NCBI RefSeq assembly: GCF_963921235.1
Contig: NC_086108.1
Span: 52,640,001-52,704,000 of the forward strand
DNA length: 64,000 nucleotides
Origin: Mobula hypostoma
Taxonomy: Eukaryota
Reading direction: 5' to 3'
Part shown: one piece after another, positions 49,075 to 63,319 of the stretch
Layout of the letters: every line of letters starts with the position of its first letter
How positions within the stretch are numbered: the first letter of the stretch is position 1
Notes under the pieces: model-generated
Seen by the model: the letters and a program-made list of their open reading frames with translations, nothing else
Database searches by the model: none
What the model was told of the DNA's origin: nothing
Translations under genes and position numbers: made by a program

Positions 49075-52000
49075 ACAGGCACATAGGATCCACAAAGACA
49101 GAGTAGGTTGGATTCAAATTTGCTTGGCCAAAGATGGATAGAGGTGGTGAAGGGATGTTAATATGATGAGCGGTCTGTGACCTGTGGTGTGTTCCATGAG
49201 GATCAGGTCTGAGACCTCCGATTTGTGTGATATATGGTCAAAATGTAAGTGAATCTTACAAAAATTAGCAAAGTCGTGGATAGTGAAGGTCGTCATAAGA
49301 GTCAGCAAGATATAGACCATTTGGAAACGGGAGACAGAGGAATGGCAGATGGAGTTTAATCTGGATAAGCGTGAAGTGTGCTTTGGGAGGTTAAGTGTAA
49401 GAGGAAAGTAAATGGTAAATGGCAGAATCCTTTGGAGCACTGATGTGCCAAGGGATCTTGGTCCATAGCTCCCTGCAAATAGCAACACAACTAGGTAGGA
49501 TGAAAGAGCAGGTGCATGGTGCACTTGCTCTCACTGGTCAAGGTGTTCAATATAAAACAAGGGAAGTTCTCTTGTAGCTGTACAAAACATTGGTCGGGTC
49601 ACCTTAGATAACTGTATGCAGTTCTAGATGCCATATTACCATAAGACATAGGAACACAATAAGGCAATTTGATTATGGCTGATATATTATCCATCTCAAC
49701 CTCATTCTCCTGCCTTCTCTCTGAAACCTTTGACACCCTTACTAACCAAGAACCTATCAACCTCTGCTTTAAATATACCCAATGATTTGGCCTCCACAGC
49801 CATCTGTGGCAATGAATTCCAGATTCACCACTCTCTGAATAAAAAAATTCCTCCTCATCTGTCTTCGAAAGGGATGTCCTTGTAATCTGAGGCTGTGCCC
49901 TCTGGTCATAGACTACCTCACTATTAGAAACATCTTCTCCATGTCTACTTTATCTAGACCTTTCAATATTCAATGGCTCCAATGAGATTCCACCCCCCCG
50001 CATTCTTCTAAACTTTAGTGTGTAAAGACACAGAGCCATCAAATACTCTTCATATATTAACCCTTTCATTCACAGTATCATTCTTCTGAAGCTCCTCTGG
50101 ACCCTCTCAAATGCTAGCACATCCTTTCTATTACAGGAAGGATGTGGAGCCTTAGGAGAGGGTGCAGTAAAGGTTCACCAGGATGTTGCTGGAATTGGCG
50201 AGTGGTAGCTTTGAGAAAAGGGTGGACAAACTTGTGGACTGTTTTCTCTGGAGTGTTAGAGTCCGAGCGGGGTGACCTGACAGCAGCATACAAAATTACA
50301 AAAGGCACAGTTAGGGTAGAGAGTCAGTGCCTTTGTCCCAGGGTAGAAAAGCCAAATACTAAAGAGCATAGCTTTAATGTGAAAGGGGGTAAAGTCTAAA
50401 GCAGATTTATGAGGTAAGTTTTGATTTTATATTAACGGTGGTAGGCGCCGTGGGAGGTGGTGGAAAAAGATATGAGGATAATGTTTAAGAGACATTAGTA
50501 CAGGCACATGAACAACCAGGGAATAATAGGACACCAACTTTGTGCAGGTAGATAGGATTATTTAGATTGGCATGGAAAGCACAAACAAGTTGGGCCAAAG
50601 GACCTGTCCCTGAGCCACACTGTTCTATGTTCCAAGTTCTCAAATGGGAATGAACGTAATGTTATAGACAGATTAGAACCGGGTCAGGTCACATCTCTCA
50701 GTGGGCGAGCATCTGGGGGACAGTGACCGCTGCTCCCTGGCCTTTAACATTATCATGGAAACGGACAGAATCAGAGAGGACAGGAAAATTTTTAATTGGG
50801 GAAGGGCAAATTATGAGGCTTTAAGGCTAGAACTTGCGGGTGTGAATTGGGACGATGTTTTTGCAGGGAAATGTACATGTATGGACATGTGGTCGATGTT
50901 TAGGGATCTCCTGCAGGATGTTAGGGATAAGTATGTAAATATGTCCTGGTGAGGAAGAGAAATAATGGTAGGGTGAAGGAACCATGGGTGACAAGTGAGG
51001 TGGAAAATCTAGTCAGGTGGAAGAAGGCAGCATACATGAGGTTTAGGAAGCAAGGATCAGATAGGTCTATTAAGGAATATAGGGTAGCAAGAAAGGGGCT
51101 GAAGAGAGCAAGAAGAGGGCATGAGAAGGCCTTGGTGAGTAGAGTAAAGGAAAACCCCAAGGCATTCTTCAATTATGTGAAGAACAAAAGTATGACAGGA
51201 GTGAAGATAGGACCGATTAGAGATAAAGATGGGAAGATGTGCCTGGAGGCTGCGGAAGTGAGCGAGGTCCTCAATGAATACTTCTCTTCGGCATTCACCA
51301 ATGAGAGAGAACTTGATGACGGTGAGGACAATACGAGTGAGGTTGACGTTCTGGAGCATGTTGATATTAAGGGAGAGGAGGTGTCAGAATCGTTAAAATA
51401 CATTAGGACAGATAAGTCCCCGGGGCCTGATGGAATATTCCCCAGGCGAGGGAAGAGATTGCTGAGCCTCTGGCTAGCATCTTTATGTCCTCGTTGTCCA
51501 CGGGAATGGTACCGGAGGACTGGAGGGAGGCAAATGTTGTCCCTTTGTTCAAAAAAGGTAGTAGGGATAGTCTGGGTAATTATAGACCAGTGAGCCTTAT
51601 GTCTGTGGTGGGAAAGCAGTTGGAAAAGACCACTGCTCAATACAAGAGGACATGGCTTGAAAGTAAGGGGTGGGAAGTTCAAGGGGGATATTAGAGGAAG
51701 GTTTTACTACTCAGAGAGTGGTTGGTGCGTGGAATGCACTGCCTGAGTCAGTGGTGGAGGCAGATACACTCGTGAAATTTAAGAGACTACTAGACAGGTA
51801 TATGGAGAAATTTAAGGTGGGGGGTTATATGTGAGGCAGGGTTTAAGGGTTGGCACAACATTGTGGGCCGAAGGGCCTGTACTGTACTGTGCTGTACTAT
51901 TCTATGTTCTTACACAGAGATTGGTGGGTGTATGGAATACACTACCAGCGACAGGGATAGAGGCAGATACAATGGGGTCTTTAAGAGACTCTTAGATAGG

Positions 52001-52136
52001 TACATGGAGTTTAGAAAAATAGAGGGCAATAAAGTGGTAGGGTAATTCTAGGCAGTTTCTAGAGTAGGTTACATAGTTGGCACAACATTGTTGTCCGAAG
52101 GGCCTGTAATATGCTGTAGATTTCTATGATTCTATG
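49075..52136. mobile_element. Cluster of nested CR1-type LINE fragments
   Basis: ORF 50949..51593 KENPKAFFNYVK...KSPGPDGI, 51485..51694 VPEDWREANVVPLFKKG...NYRPVSL; several ttctatgtt tails. Confidence 0.85.
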
Positions 52137-52716
52137 AAGTTAACGAAGCACCTTGAAAGATGTTAAGGGCTTAGAAGGTATTTCACAGAATATTTTACAC
52201 ATGATGAATAGGATCTCCAAAATGGATTTTGAGAAGGGAGGCAGTCACTGAGTAGGTAAGAGAGGTTATTATTAGAGCATCTTCGGACGATGATTTTCAT
52301 GTTAATGTCATCAAGTCACAAAGGAAAGAGTTTGAAATTAATTGTGCAAAACAAGTTGTCTGTGTGATAATTTAGTCCATTCACTCCAGTATTCACCAAG
52401 TGGTATGACCATCCATGCACATATTTCAGGGAAGGCAGCAGTGGAAAGTATCAGAGTTTGAAAACATTAAAATAAATTCAAGTAGTATAAATGCAAGTGG
52501 TAGTGGTTGGTGTTTCTCCCTCTCCTCCTGACTTTCCAGTAACATCTGACATAAAGTCCAATCCATTCTCCCACCTCCAGGGCCCACCACCATATCATCA
52601 AACAGTCTCTGGTCTCACATACGAAGCCAAGTAAAAGGAAAATTTACCATGTTGCCTTAACACAACATCAGAGAGCTGGGGAAAGGAAAAAAATATTTAA
52701 AACAAATACTTCTTAC

Positions 52717-52866
52717 CTTTATAACTAAAAAAACATCCTGACATGGATAAGTGATTGAAAAGATTGCTGATCGGGCCAATGTTGAAATAGCTGCAGGAGG
52801 AACATGAGGTCGTAACATGCCTTTAATTTGTTCAGAATTCAAATCAAAGAAAAAGTTTTCAGAAAT
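52717..52866 (-). CDS. DOCK7: DOCK7-like internal exon (150 nt)
   Basis: [50 protein letters not shown] (overlaps ORF 52657..52842), tag/gtaaga flanks. Confidence 0.95.
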
Positions 52867-53937
52867 CTATGGAATAAAGAAAGTAATTGTTATAAATAAG
52901 AAAATGAAAATTCAGATTTTTCAAAATATTTGCATAATATTCAATCAATGGAGCTACAATACCATATGTTAGCTCTACACTATCCTCTAGAGGTATATAC
53001 TTGGAACTTCAGTTAATAGGGAACATTATTGTTATTAAAATGTAACAGCACAACTACCTGGAAAAAATAAGAGAACCTTGTGCCCTTAAAGTGACCTTCA
53101 TTTACTACAATCAAAGATTCTTTGGTCATTTATAAGTTGGATGTATGGTACATCTTTGAACAAGTTCATCCTCAGAGAAATATTCCTAATGCAACCTTAT
53201 GGGAAATTTTCTCTTGTATATTGACCACCAGTGTCCAAGTATAATCAGCAATAGAAACAGGAGATTGCTACTGACCTCCATGCAACTGTTTTGCTCATAT
53301 CACTTACTATCTTCATTTACAATAATATAACAACCACTAATTTAAAATTCACTGAGCGCTCTGCATCAATTGGCATTTGCAGAGGGGTTGCTATTCTGCG
53401 GGCTAGCAATTTTCCCAATATATCTCAAGACTCTTGCAATTCAAAAACTGCAGTAAGGATCCGTCACTTGGTGAAATGCAGGTTGATCACTCCATTGCTT
53501 TTAACCAGATTATTTTTTGCCATGCACAAGATAGTTTACTATCTTTTTATATTCCTTTTTTTCAGTATCTAAGCGCCACAGGCCAGGGACAACATCAACT
53601 GCCACCCTGAATGTTCCTGAGAAGCTGGTGCTGAGCTTTCTTGACCTAATGTTGTCCATTTGGTGAATGTGGTATTCAGAACTTAACACTCTGAGACGTG
53701 AAGGACCAGCAATATACTGCCAGATCAGAATAATACATGACCTGGAGAGGATCTGCAAATGATGGTGCTCCCATTCACCTGTTACCTTTGGTTTTCATCG
53801 TGGTAGAAGTCACAGTTCTGGGAGGTGGTGCTGGATTAGCGTATAGCAACAAACCTCAATGCATTTATAGATGGCACATGTTACAGCAACTGTGCACTAG
53901 TGGTGGAAAGAGAGCATGCAGTGTGGATTCGGAAACC

Positions 53938-54198
53938 CACAGCACGGTAGTACAGTGGCCAGCACAACGCTTTACAGTACAGGTGACCGGTTCAATTCCC
54001 ATCGCTGTCTGTAAGCAGTTTATACGTTCTCCCCGTGACCACGTGGGCTTTCTCTCACAGCCCAAAGAGGTACCACTTGGTAGGTTAGTTGGACATTGTA
54101 AAACTGTCCCAAGATTAGGGAGCATTAAGTTGGTGAGTTGCTCTGCAGTGTGGCTCGAAGGGCTGAAAGGGCCTACTCCACACTGCATCTCAATAAAT
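53938..54198 (+). mobile_element. tRNA-derived SINE (V-SINE-like)
   Basis: B-box GGTTCAATTCC, central GTTCTCCCCGTGACCACGTGGG, 3' end GAAGGGCCTACTCC...AATAAA similar to the SINE end at 1-28 plus 927-1000. Confidence 0.65.
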
Positions 54199-54566
54199 TT
54201 ATGGCACAGTCCATAAGAAGCTGAGCAATGCAGTGCAGGAGGATCCCATGTATGAATGCAAAATTGGAGAGAGATAGTGAGGAGAACAGGGGTAAAAAGG
54301 ACAAATTTGAATTTGACTCTCTGCTCCCATTCTTGTCCAGTACAAATGTAAATATGTGAACTGGTTCCTGTTTATATTTAACGGAACTCAAGGTTTAATA
54401 ACTTGTAACATTCTTTGTTGATTAACACTTGGAACAGCCAGTAGGGTATGTTGTGGGGTGGGATTATTAGCACTGCTGGGTTTTATACCAATAAGATTCA
54501 AAATGTCTTTAGGGAGAAAATTAACAAAACATTAAGAATGGCAAAATAATATCTCACAGCACCAAC

Positions 54567-54633
54567 CTTTTTCTTTTCTCTGACATCATACAAGGCCAAG
54601 CTTGCAAAAATTGGCTCAATTTCAATTTCAAAT
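54567..54633 (-). CDS. DOCK7: DOCK7-like internal exon (67 nt)
   Basis: (K)[22 protein letters not shown], cag/gttggt flanks, phase 2 to 0. Confidence 0.95.
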
Positions 54634-55160
54634 CTGCAAAGACAAGAATTTGGTTTTAAAGTTGCATGGACATACCTTCCAAATTGTTTAGAGTCAGCAG
54701 CTAGCCCTTTGAGTCTGCTCTACCATTTAATACAATTATCTCAAAACCATGTTCCTGCTCTCCCACCATATCTGTTGATTCCTTTTGTACCCTAAAACTT
54801 ACCTTTCTCTTTCTTGAATACATTCATCAATTTGGTCTCTGCCCTATTCTATGATAGATAATCCCTTGTATGAGGTCTCCATCATGCTGAATAAAGAAAT
54901 TTTTCCACAGTGCAGCCTTAAAAATCTTTCCTTTGTCCCAAGATGCTAACCCTGATTCTAGACATCGTCAGTCAGCAATCATCCTCCACCTCCACTCCAC
55001 ACCACCCCCATGCCAGCCAAAATTAGCTTCAATGAGATCTCTTCTCATCCTGAATACAGGCCAGTTCAAGCAGTCTCTTATCCCTCAGACACTCCATTCT
55101 CCTCAGACACTAACAACACCCTTCCCCCCTAGATCCCAGCTCTCTGGGAGCAGAAGATGG

Positions 55161-55835
55161 CCGGAGAAGATAGTGGCACGACGCAGCGCGCACTGCCTCT
55201 CTGGTGATGAATATCTGTTATCTGTCAAGTAGGAGCCGTGCACAATTCTGATTTGATGGAGGCAGACATGAGAGCACGGAGGAACATCTGCTGAAACTTC
55301 TGAAATGCTTGTTTCGCTGCCGCTGCTACCGTGTGATCCGAAATCTCCAGAGGGGAAGGCCCCGAATCCTCGGCTTTGCCTGTTGCTTGGCGACCGGGGC
55401 CAGGGTCGAAGCGCTCGGCAGAGATGGTGCTCGGTGTCGGAGGGCTGGTCAGAGGCTTTAAGTTTTCGGACGGACTCAGAGTCGGACTGTGGCTGAGTGC
55501 TTCCAGGATGCTGCATCGGCAAGTTTGCAGCACTGGAAGCTCATGGCAGAGAGAGTTTCTCCCTTCTACCGTCTGCGTGAAATGTTGGGGCTATCGGGAC
55601 TTTGAGACTTTTTTTTTACCGTGCCCATGGTCTGCTCTTATCAAATTACAGTATTGTTTTGCACTGTTCTAACTATATGTTATAATTATGTGGTTTTTGT
55701 CAGTTTTAGTCTTGATCTGTCTTGTGTTTCTGTGATATCATACTGGAGGAACATTGTATCATTTTTTTAATGCATGCATTTCTAAATGACAATAAACGAG
55801 GACTGAGTGTCCTCATAATCTAATCTAATCTAATC
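55161..55835 (+). mobile_element. Non-autonomous retroelement, copy 2
   Basis: Collinear with 16955-17593 including the (TAATC)n tail. Confidence 0.75.
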
Positions 55836-58390
55836 CGTGCCGGATCTTCATTATTCCCTCTGACCTTTTTCCTCTCTGAAACAGAACACTCTGTCCTCAG
55901 TAAAGGCCTCACCTCTGCCTCCGTGCCCACACCTCAGTGAGTTCTGCACCCACCATGACACTGAGCTTTTCTTCCACTGCCTCCATCTCTGAGCTGACTT
56001 CTTAGGCAAGAACTTGCCACCCTGCACCAATGACCCCTTCTCCTGTCTTCAACTCTCCTCCTCTTCCTGGACATAAGACCCTGTTCTTCTGGCTGCTCTG
56101 GACCTTTTCACTGCCAACTGCCAACGGGACATCGACCATCTCGACTTCAACACTCATCTCTACAATTCCAACCCCACTCCTTCCGAACCCTCTGCTCTCC
56201 ACTCTCTCCACACTAATACTAAATTCATTATCAAAGCTGCAGATGGGGGGGGGGGTGCTGTAGTAGTCCGGCACATTGACCTCAGACACCTTCTCTTGCT
56301 TACGCCTTGTCCTCACTAAGAAGCACCAGGCCATTGTCACCCACCACCATCACTGACCTTATTAGCTCTGGGGATCTCCCATCCACGGCCACCAACCTCA
56401 TAGTTCCTGCAACCCACACCTCCAGTTTCTACCTCCTATCCAAGATCCACAAACCTACCTGCCCAGGTAGACCCATTGTTTCAGCTTATTCCTGCCCCAC
56501 TGAACTCAATTCTGCATACCTTGACTCTGTTTTATCCACCCCCCCGCTCCAGTTCAGTCCCCTCCTACCTACATCCGTGACACTTCACTCACTCTGCATC
56601 TTTTCAAGTTCCCTGGCCCCCATCATCTTATTTTTACTATGGATGTCCAGTCCCTATACACCTCCATCCCCCACCAGGAAGGCCTTAAGGCTCTCCAGTT
56701 TTTTCTGAACACCAGACCCAACGAGTTCCCCTCCACCACCTCTCTCCTCTGCCTAGTGGAACTTGTCCTCACTCCTAATAATTTCTCCTTTGGCTCCTCC
56801 CACTTCCTTCATACAAAAGATGTAGCCATGGGCACTCGCATGGGTCCCAGCTATGCCTGCCATTTTGTCAGCTATGTAGGACAGTCTATGTTCCAAGCCC
56901 ACACTGGTGGCCGTCCCGCACTTTTCCTATGCCATATTGACCACTGCATTATTGCTGCTTCCTGCACACATGCAGAACTCATTGACTTCATCCACTTTGC
57001 CTTCAACTTCCACCTTGCCCTCAAATTTACCTGGTCCAATTCCAACACCTCCCTCCCCTTTCTCGATCTGTCTGTCTCTATCTCTGGAGACAGCTTATCT
57101 ACAAATGTCTCATAAACCGAAGGACTCTCACAGCTACCTGGAGTATACTTCTTTCCACCCTATTACTTGTAAAAATGCAATCCCCTTCTCATTTTCACCA
57201 CATCTGCTCTCAGGATGAGGCTTTTTATTCCAGAATGAAGGAGAAGTCCTCCTTCATCAAAGAAAGGGGCTTCCCTTCCTCCACCATCAACGATGCTCTC
57301 AACCACATCTCTTCCATTTCACACACATCTGCTCTCATTCCATTCTCCCACCACCCAACCAGGGATAGGGTTCTTCTTGTCCACACCTACCACCCCACCA
57401 ACCTCTGCATCCAGCACATAATTCTCTGCAACTTCCGCCATCTCCAACGGGATCCCACAACCAAGCATATCTTTCTCTCTCCTCCCAACCCCCCCACTTT
57501 CTGCTTTCCACAGGGATCACTTCCTACGCGACTCCCTTGTCCATTTGTCTATCCCTACTGATCTCCCTCCTGGCACGTTCCCTTGCAAGCGGAACAAGTG
57601 CTACACCTGCCCTGACACCTCCTCCCTCCCTACCATTCAAGGCCTAAACAGTCTTTCCAGGTGAGGCGACACTTCACCCATGAGTCTGTTGGGGTTGTAT
57701 ACTGTGTCCAGTGCTCCCAGTGTGGCCTCTTGTATATCGGTGAGACCCAACATAGATTGGGAGATGCTTCGCCGAGCACTTACACTCCGTCCACGAGAAA
57801 AAAATGGGATCTCTCAGTGGCCACCCATTTTAGTTCCACTTCCCATTCCCATTCCAATATGTCTATCCATGGCCTCCTCAACTGTCGTAATGAGGCCACT
57901 CTCAGGTTGGAAGAGCAACACCTTATATTCCGTCTGGGTAGCCTCCAACCTGGTGGCATGAACATCAATTTCCGGTAATGCCACCCCTCCCTTCACCATT
58001 CCCCATTTCCTTTTCTCTCTCTCACCTTATCTCCTAGCCTGCCCATTGCCTCCCTCTGGTGCTCCTTTCCCTTTTTCTTTCTTCCATAGCCGTCTGTCCT
58101 CTCCTACTAGATTACCACCTCTCCAGCCCTGTATCTCTTTCACCAATCAACTTCCCAGCTCTTTACTTCACCCCCCCCCCCCCGGTTTCATCTATCACCT
58201 TGTGGTTCTCCCTCCCTCCCCCCCCCCCCACCTTTTTAGCTTTACTCATCATTTTTGTCCTCCAGTTCTGCTGAAGGATCTAGGCCCAAAATGTCAACTG
58301 TACTCTTTTCCATAGATGCTGCCTGGCCTGCTGAGTACCTCCAGCATTTTGTGTGTTGCTTGGATTTCCAGATCCGCAGATTCTCTCCTG
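55836..58390 (+). mobile_element. Penelope-like retroelement (RT plus GIY-YIG endonuclease), frameshifted
   Basis: FYLLSKIHKP..PGRPIVS, MDVQSLYTSIPH, AMGTRMGPSYA, LPFLDL and VVYCVQCSQCGLLYIGET...LEEQHLIFRLGSLQPGGMN. Confidence 0.9.
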
Positions 58391-58479
58391 TTTGGGAAGC
58401 AGTCTCTTCACGTACATATCATGCCATTTTAGGAATCAAGCTGGTGAACCTCCACTGCATTCCCTCTAATGGCAAGTAA

Positions 58480-59552
58480 GCGGATTCCAGTTATTTGGGC
58501 CATTGTCTAATCGGGGAAGCCACTTATTTGAACAAAAACTAATTGAGAGAATGGCCAGAATTCCCCTTGTATATTTGGGATAATGTGCCACTTAATTGGG
58601 ACAGGAGACTACTGCCAAACGTTCTAACTAGCATCAGTTGTGCACACTTGTATGGCCGTTAGGTACTACACCGTGCTTAGAGTGAACAGTTTTTAAAAAT
58701 AGCGTTAGTTGTGTTTCTTACTCTTCGTCAGCCCATCAATTGTACAGGGGCATAGGCCACCAACAGCGGCTCGCCAGAGTCGTCAGTCCTGGGCTGATCA
58801 ACCGCGTGGCTTCTGCTTTCATAATGCAACTTCATACATCTTTTAGGTGAAGGTGTTTCCCCGCCCAGGGACGAGGACTTCAGAGCTTCTGTTCACATTT
58901 CTGTAGCGGTGTGGGGTTGCTAACGCCATGTCCAATCCTCCTCCTTTCACAGCCGGGTTTGGGACCATCCATGGCAGAGTTCAGTTGCATGCGTTTGTGT
59001 TCAAAAAGCAGTGACTTTTGTCACTGATAGGTGGTGAGAAATTAGCATTAACACAATTAGAACCGTTTTGTTCATTGCAGTTTCAAACATTCAGGCTTAT
59101 AGATGCCGGAAGCGGCTGGGAGAGAAAATGAATCAATGTCACTACTTAAACAAGTTAGGAACTATTAAGAGTTTGAAGGTTTCAACATTCATCTTGGATG
59201 TTACAATGAAAATGAAGATTTGGAGAATGCAATCACCAAAACCATTGAATGAAGGCAGTGTCTACGCTGACTTTGTTCATTTACAGTCAATCAAAAGACA
59301 GCATACACTGGATAAATTCCTTCATCGATAACTATTTGGAACAAATGCATTTTTTGTTCTATAGTAGTATTGGTAAGTGTTTTAATTTGTTCTGTATTTC
59401 ATTTAAATACATAATTTGTTACTCAAATGGTAATTTGTTTTTTTGTTTATACCTTTTTAATTATTTCCATGAAAGTTCGACTAGTTGGGATAGCCACTTA
59501 ATTGGGCCAAAATGTACTGGTCCCAATGTTTCCTGACTGGAAACCATTGTAT
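58480..59552. mobile_element. Decayed TA-ended DNA transposon (Tigger-like), interrupted by another element at ~58720-58975
   Basis: Repeated TTAATTGGG subterminal motifs at both ends; sequence resumes across the insert (gttagttgtgt / tcagttgcatgcgt). Confidence 0.5.
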
Positions 59553-60799
59553 ATCCTTTTTTAGGCAAGGAAACCAAAACTGTGGACAGTAGTCCGCGTG
59601 GGTTTCCTCCAGTTTTCTTCCACATTCCAAAGTCCTACGAGTTAGGGTTACTACGTTGTGGGCATGCTATGTTGGAACCAGAAGTACAATCACACTTGAG
59701 GGGCTGTGCCCAGCATTTTCTCAGATTGTGTTTGTTGTTGATGCAATCGACACATTACAGTGTGTGATTCAATGTTTTGATGTGCACGTAACAAATAAGT
59801 TAATCTTACTTTTGTAGCTTCCTTGCCCCATCCAGTTTTGTGTCATCAGTAAACATAAGAATATCACATTCCATTTGGGCAGTATACAACATTCCAGACT
59901 CAATACTGAATTCTACAACTTCAGGTTTGTTCACTTTCTGATGAATCAGTTCTACCATAAGTCATCCATCAGTAATGTTGCTTCAGTTCTTCTCCCTGAT
60001 TCGCTGGGGATTTTGTATAATCCTGTGTTTTTGCAGATTTTAGGATCCATTATTTGTATTCTCTCTATCTAAATGTTCTGTTCATAGCTTCAGTACTTCT
60101 TTGTCCGTGTTCTCTCTAAGTTCTCTTATTAAGCTAACAACTGGATGACTTCAACTATAGCTTATCACCATGGAAACCCCAGCTCACCCTGTCAGAGGCT
60201 CCCTTTATTCATCTATCCCTCCTCCGCCCTCTGTATAACATAAAACTTGCTTGTTTTCTTCCTTTCCTGGTTCCAACACAGCTTGATTTGTGAATGTTTC
60301 CATATTATAATCAGCTAGGGTAGTACTGATCCCTTCCTTAGCAACCCCAACAATGTCCCAAGTATTCCCATTCTCTGTTCTTATCAGTCAGTTTTCAAAC
60401 CATGTTTGTATATCATCCCAATTCTATGACCTTTAATTTTGAACACTAACCTCTTATGTAGGATTGTATCAAAGGCCTTATACAAGTTCCATAAACCATA
60501 TCCACGTTTTCTAACATTTACCTATTCAACCAGATACATTCTAGCTCCAGCAGATTTGTCAAAGGTAATTTCCCTTTCATAAATCTACATTGGCTTAGTC
60601 TAATCACCATGATATTTTCTGAGTTTCCTTTTATCACATCTTTTATAATAGCCACCAGCATTTTCCTGTTTTTGATGTTAGGTCAATCTATATTTTTGTT
60701 CTTCCTCCTTTCTGAAATTCTGTTCAATTTTCACATTCTTCAATCTGCAAAATAATTTAACAATTCACAATTTATTTTTTAAAACAAAAACCCACGTAC

Positions 60800-60885
60800 T
60801 TCAAAGATAAGCATTTCACAAGGAGCCTTTGACCAAAGTGCTCCCGGGGAACTTCAGGGACTGTGTGCCTTTCTATTGGTTCATC
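60800..60885 (-). CDS. DOCK7: DOCK7-like internal exon (86 nt)
   Basis: Minus-strand translation [33 protein letters not shown] flanks; matches the DOCK6/7/8 N-terminal region as recalled; ends in phase 2, compatible with the next exon. Confidence 0.93.
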
Positions 60886-62039
60886 CTGTAATCAATTTGA
60901 AACAAAGCAGTTAAGTTAGTTCATTGTTAGTCAAGGCAACTTTCATAAATATTTATTGCTGGCCATAATCTCTCAAGAAAGGGAAACAAAATGTCGGACA
61001 AGTTTTTCAGAAAAGCCACAGTCATCATTGGGCTAGAGAGCTTCTCTAATGGGAAATGTGTAAGTAATGTGATATTGCACTTAACAAAAAGATGAGTAGC
61101 TCACATAACAATAAGGTAGCTGTTGAAACACTTCATTTAGAAGCGCTCTTCCTTTTCAGGAAGTGAAATCAGATCGATCTCATGTTTCTAAGACCTGCCA
61201 ATCAGTTATGCCAGAAAAAGTGATCACAGTATGATTAAATTTCTCATACAAATGCAGGTGCAATAGTTTGATCTCAAACCAGTGTATTCTACATAATTAA
61301 GGGAGACTATAATGGGATGAGGGAGGAGCTAGGAACTCAAGCTATATAGTAGGACAACTGAGGAACAGTGGAAACTTTCAAATGATTTTTTACAGTGCTC
61401 AACAAAGGTATATTTGGTTAAAGGCAAGGACAGTAAGGATGGGGAGAGCCAGCCTTGGATAACTACGGAAACAAATGATGGCATCCAACTAAAAGCTCAC
61501 ACATACAAAGTCACTTGGAGTAGTAAAATTCTCTGGACCCTGGGCACGTCCTGGTAGATTGGAAGACAGTGAACGTCACAGTTCTGTTTAGAAAATGATG
61601 GAGGCAAAAGGATAACGTAAGATGCAGGAAACTATAGGCCATTTAGCTTAATGTCTGTTTGGGAATATGCTTGAAGCTATCATTCAGGAAGAAACAGCAA
61701 GACATTTGGAAGTGGTTCCATCAGGCACTTCCAGGTATCTTGCTATTTCCTCCTTAATAACAGCTTTGAGCATGGATTCATGAAGGGCAGATCCTTACTG
61801 GAATTCTTTGAGGTATTAATGAGCACAGTGGAGGGATGGGAATAGGCCAATTTCATATACTTTGATTCCCAGAAGGCATTTGAGAAGGTGCCACAAAAAA
61901 GAACTTAGCCAGAAGATAAGGGTTTATGGAGTTTGGGCTAATGTGAGGAACAGTTCTGCCAGATCAAGGAGGGTGGTGGTGGAGGAGAACAGTTTGGTTC
62001 TTTTATTGAGAAAGAAGTGGAAAGTTTTAAAACCTTCTC

Positions 62040-63130
62040 AGTGGGGGATCGAACTGTAAAGGGACTCGACATCCATGGTGAAAATGAGGCAGTCAGGGCC
62101 AGGGAATTGAATATTAGTGAGGAGACAGAAGGCATGAGAAGTGCCACGGATGTTGGTGGGAAGAGACTGAACCAAGAGGAACAGATTGGGGTTGAGACAT
62201 GAGGACACGAGTTCAGTGGGGCAAGAGCAGGCAGAGACGATGGGCCTACCCAGATCGTCAGGTCTGTGGATCTTGGGTTGGAGGTTTTAGTGAGCAGTGT
62301 GTGGTAAGGAAACTATGAGTTTTGTAGCAGTGGGAAGGAGTTCTCCAGAGTTGAGGTCAGTGAGATCTCAGGCACAGCTTTCTAATGGTCTGGTGTGGGT
62401 CATCTTCAAGGGGTAGGTATCAGGAGGTGACTAAAAGTTGATGCCTGGCCTCAGCAAAGTAGAGGTCAGTCCACCATGCTACAACAGCACCCACTTTGTC
62501 CGCGGGTTCAACGGTAGGGTTGGGATTGGTGCGGAGAGGGTTGAGGGCAGTGTGTTCAGAAGGGGTAAGGTTCGAGGAGAGAGAGGAAAGAGATGCCTGT
62601 GAGGAAGGAAGGATGAGCCGCTGAACAATGGCACCATGGTTCAGACAGTCATTCAAAAGAGGGGAAAGAAGTGAAATGTTGTGCTAAGATGAGGGCACCC
62701 TCAGAGTGGAGGAACAACACCTTATATTCCATCAGGGTACCTTCCAAACCAATGGCATGAAGATCAATTTCTCCTTCCAGTAAGCAAATTCCCCTCCCCA
62801 TTCCTTATTCTGACCTCTTACTTCTTCTCACCTGCCTACTACTTCGCCCTGGGTCCCACCCTCCTTCCCTTTCTCCTATGGTCCACTCTCCTCTCCTATC
62901 AGGTTCTTTATTCTCCAGCCTTGACCTTTACCACCTACCTGGCTTCACATATCACCTTCCATCTTGCCTCTTTCCCCACCCCCCACCCCACCTTTTTATT
63001 CTGGCATCTTCCCCTTCCTTCTCAGTCCTGGAGAAGGGTCTCGGCCTGAAATGTTGATGCTGCCTAACCTCCTGAGTTCCTCTAGCATTTTGTCTGTATT
63101 GTTTTGGATTTCCAGCATCTGCAGACTTTC
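62040..63130. mobile_element. Rearranged Penelope-like element (inverted RT part plus forward 3' end)
   Basis: Minus-strand MDVESLYS and PADKVGAVV motifs; forward LEEQHLIF-like 3' part and the same tail as 58260-58390. Confidence 0.75.
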
Positions 63131-63319
63131 TCATGTTTGGGAAGAGAAATGTAGTTGTAATTAGGAATAGTGTAACCAGGGGAATAGACACATTCCCTGT
63201 CGCATTGATCGAGGGTCCCAAAGGCTATGTTGGCTGGCTGGTGCCTGGGTTCAGGATATCTCATTGGACCCACAGAGAAAATTGGAGAGGGAGGGGAAGG
63301 ATCCAGCAGTTGCGGTCAA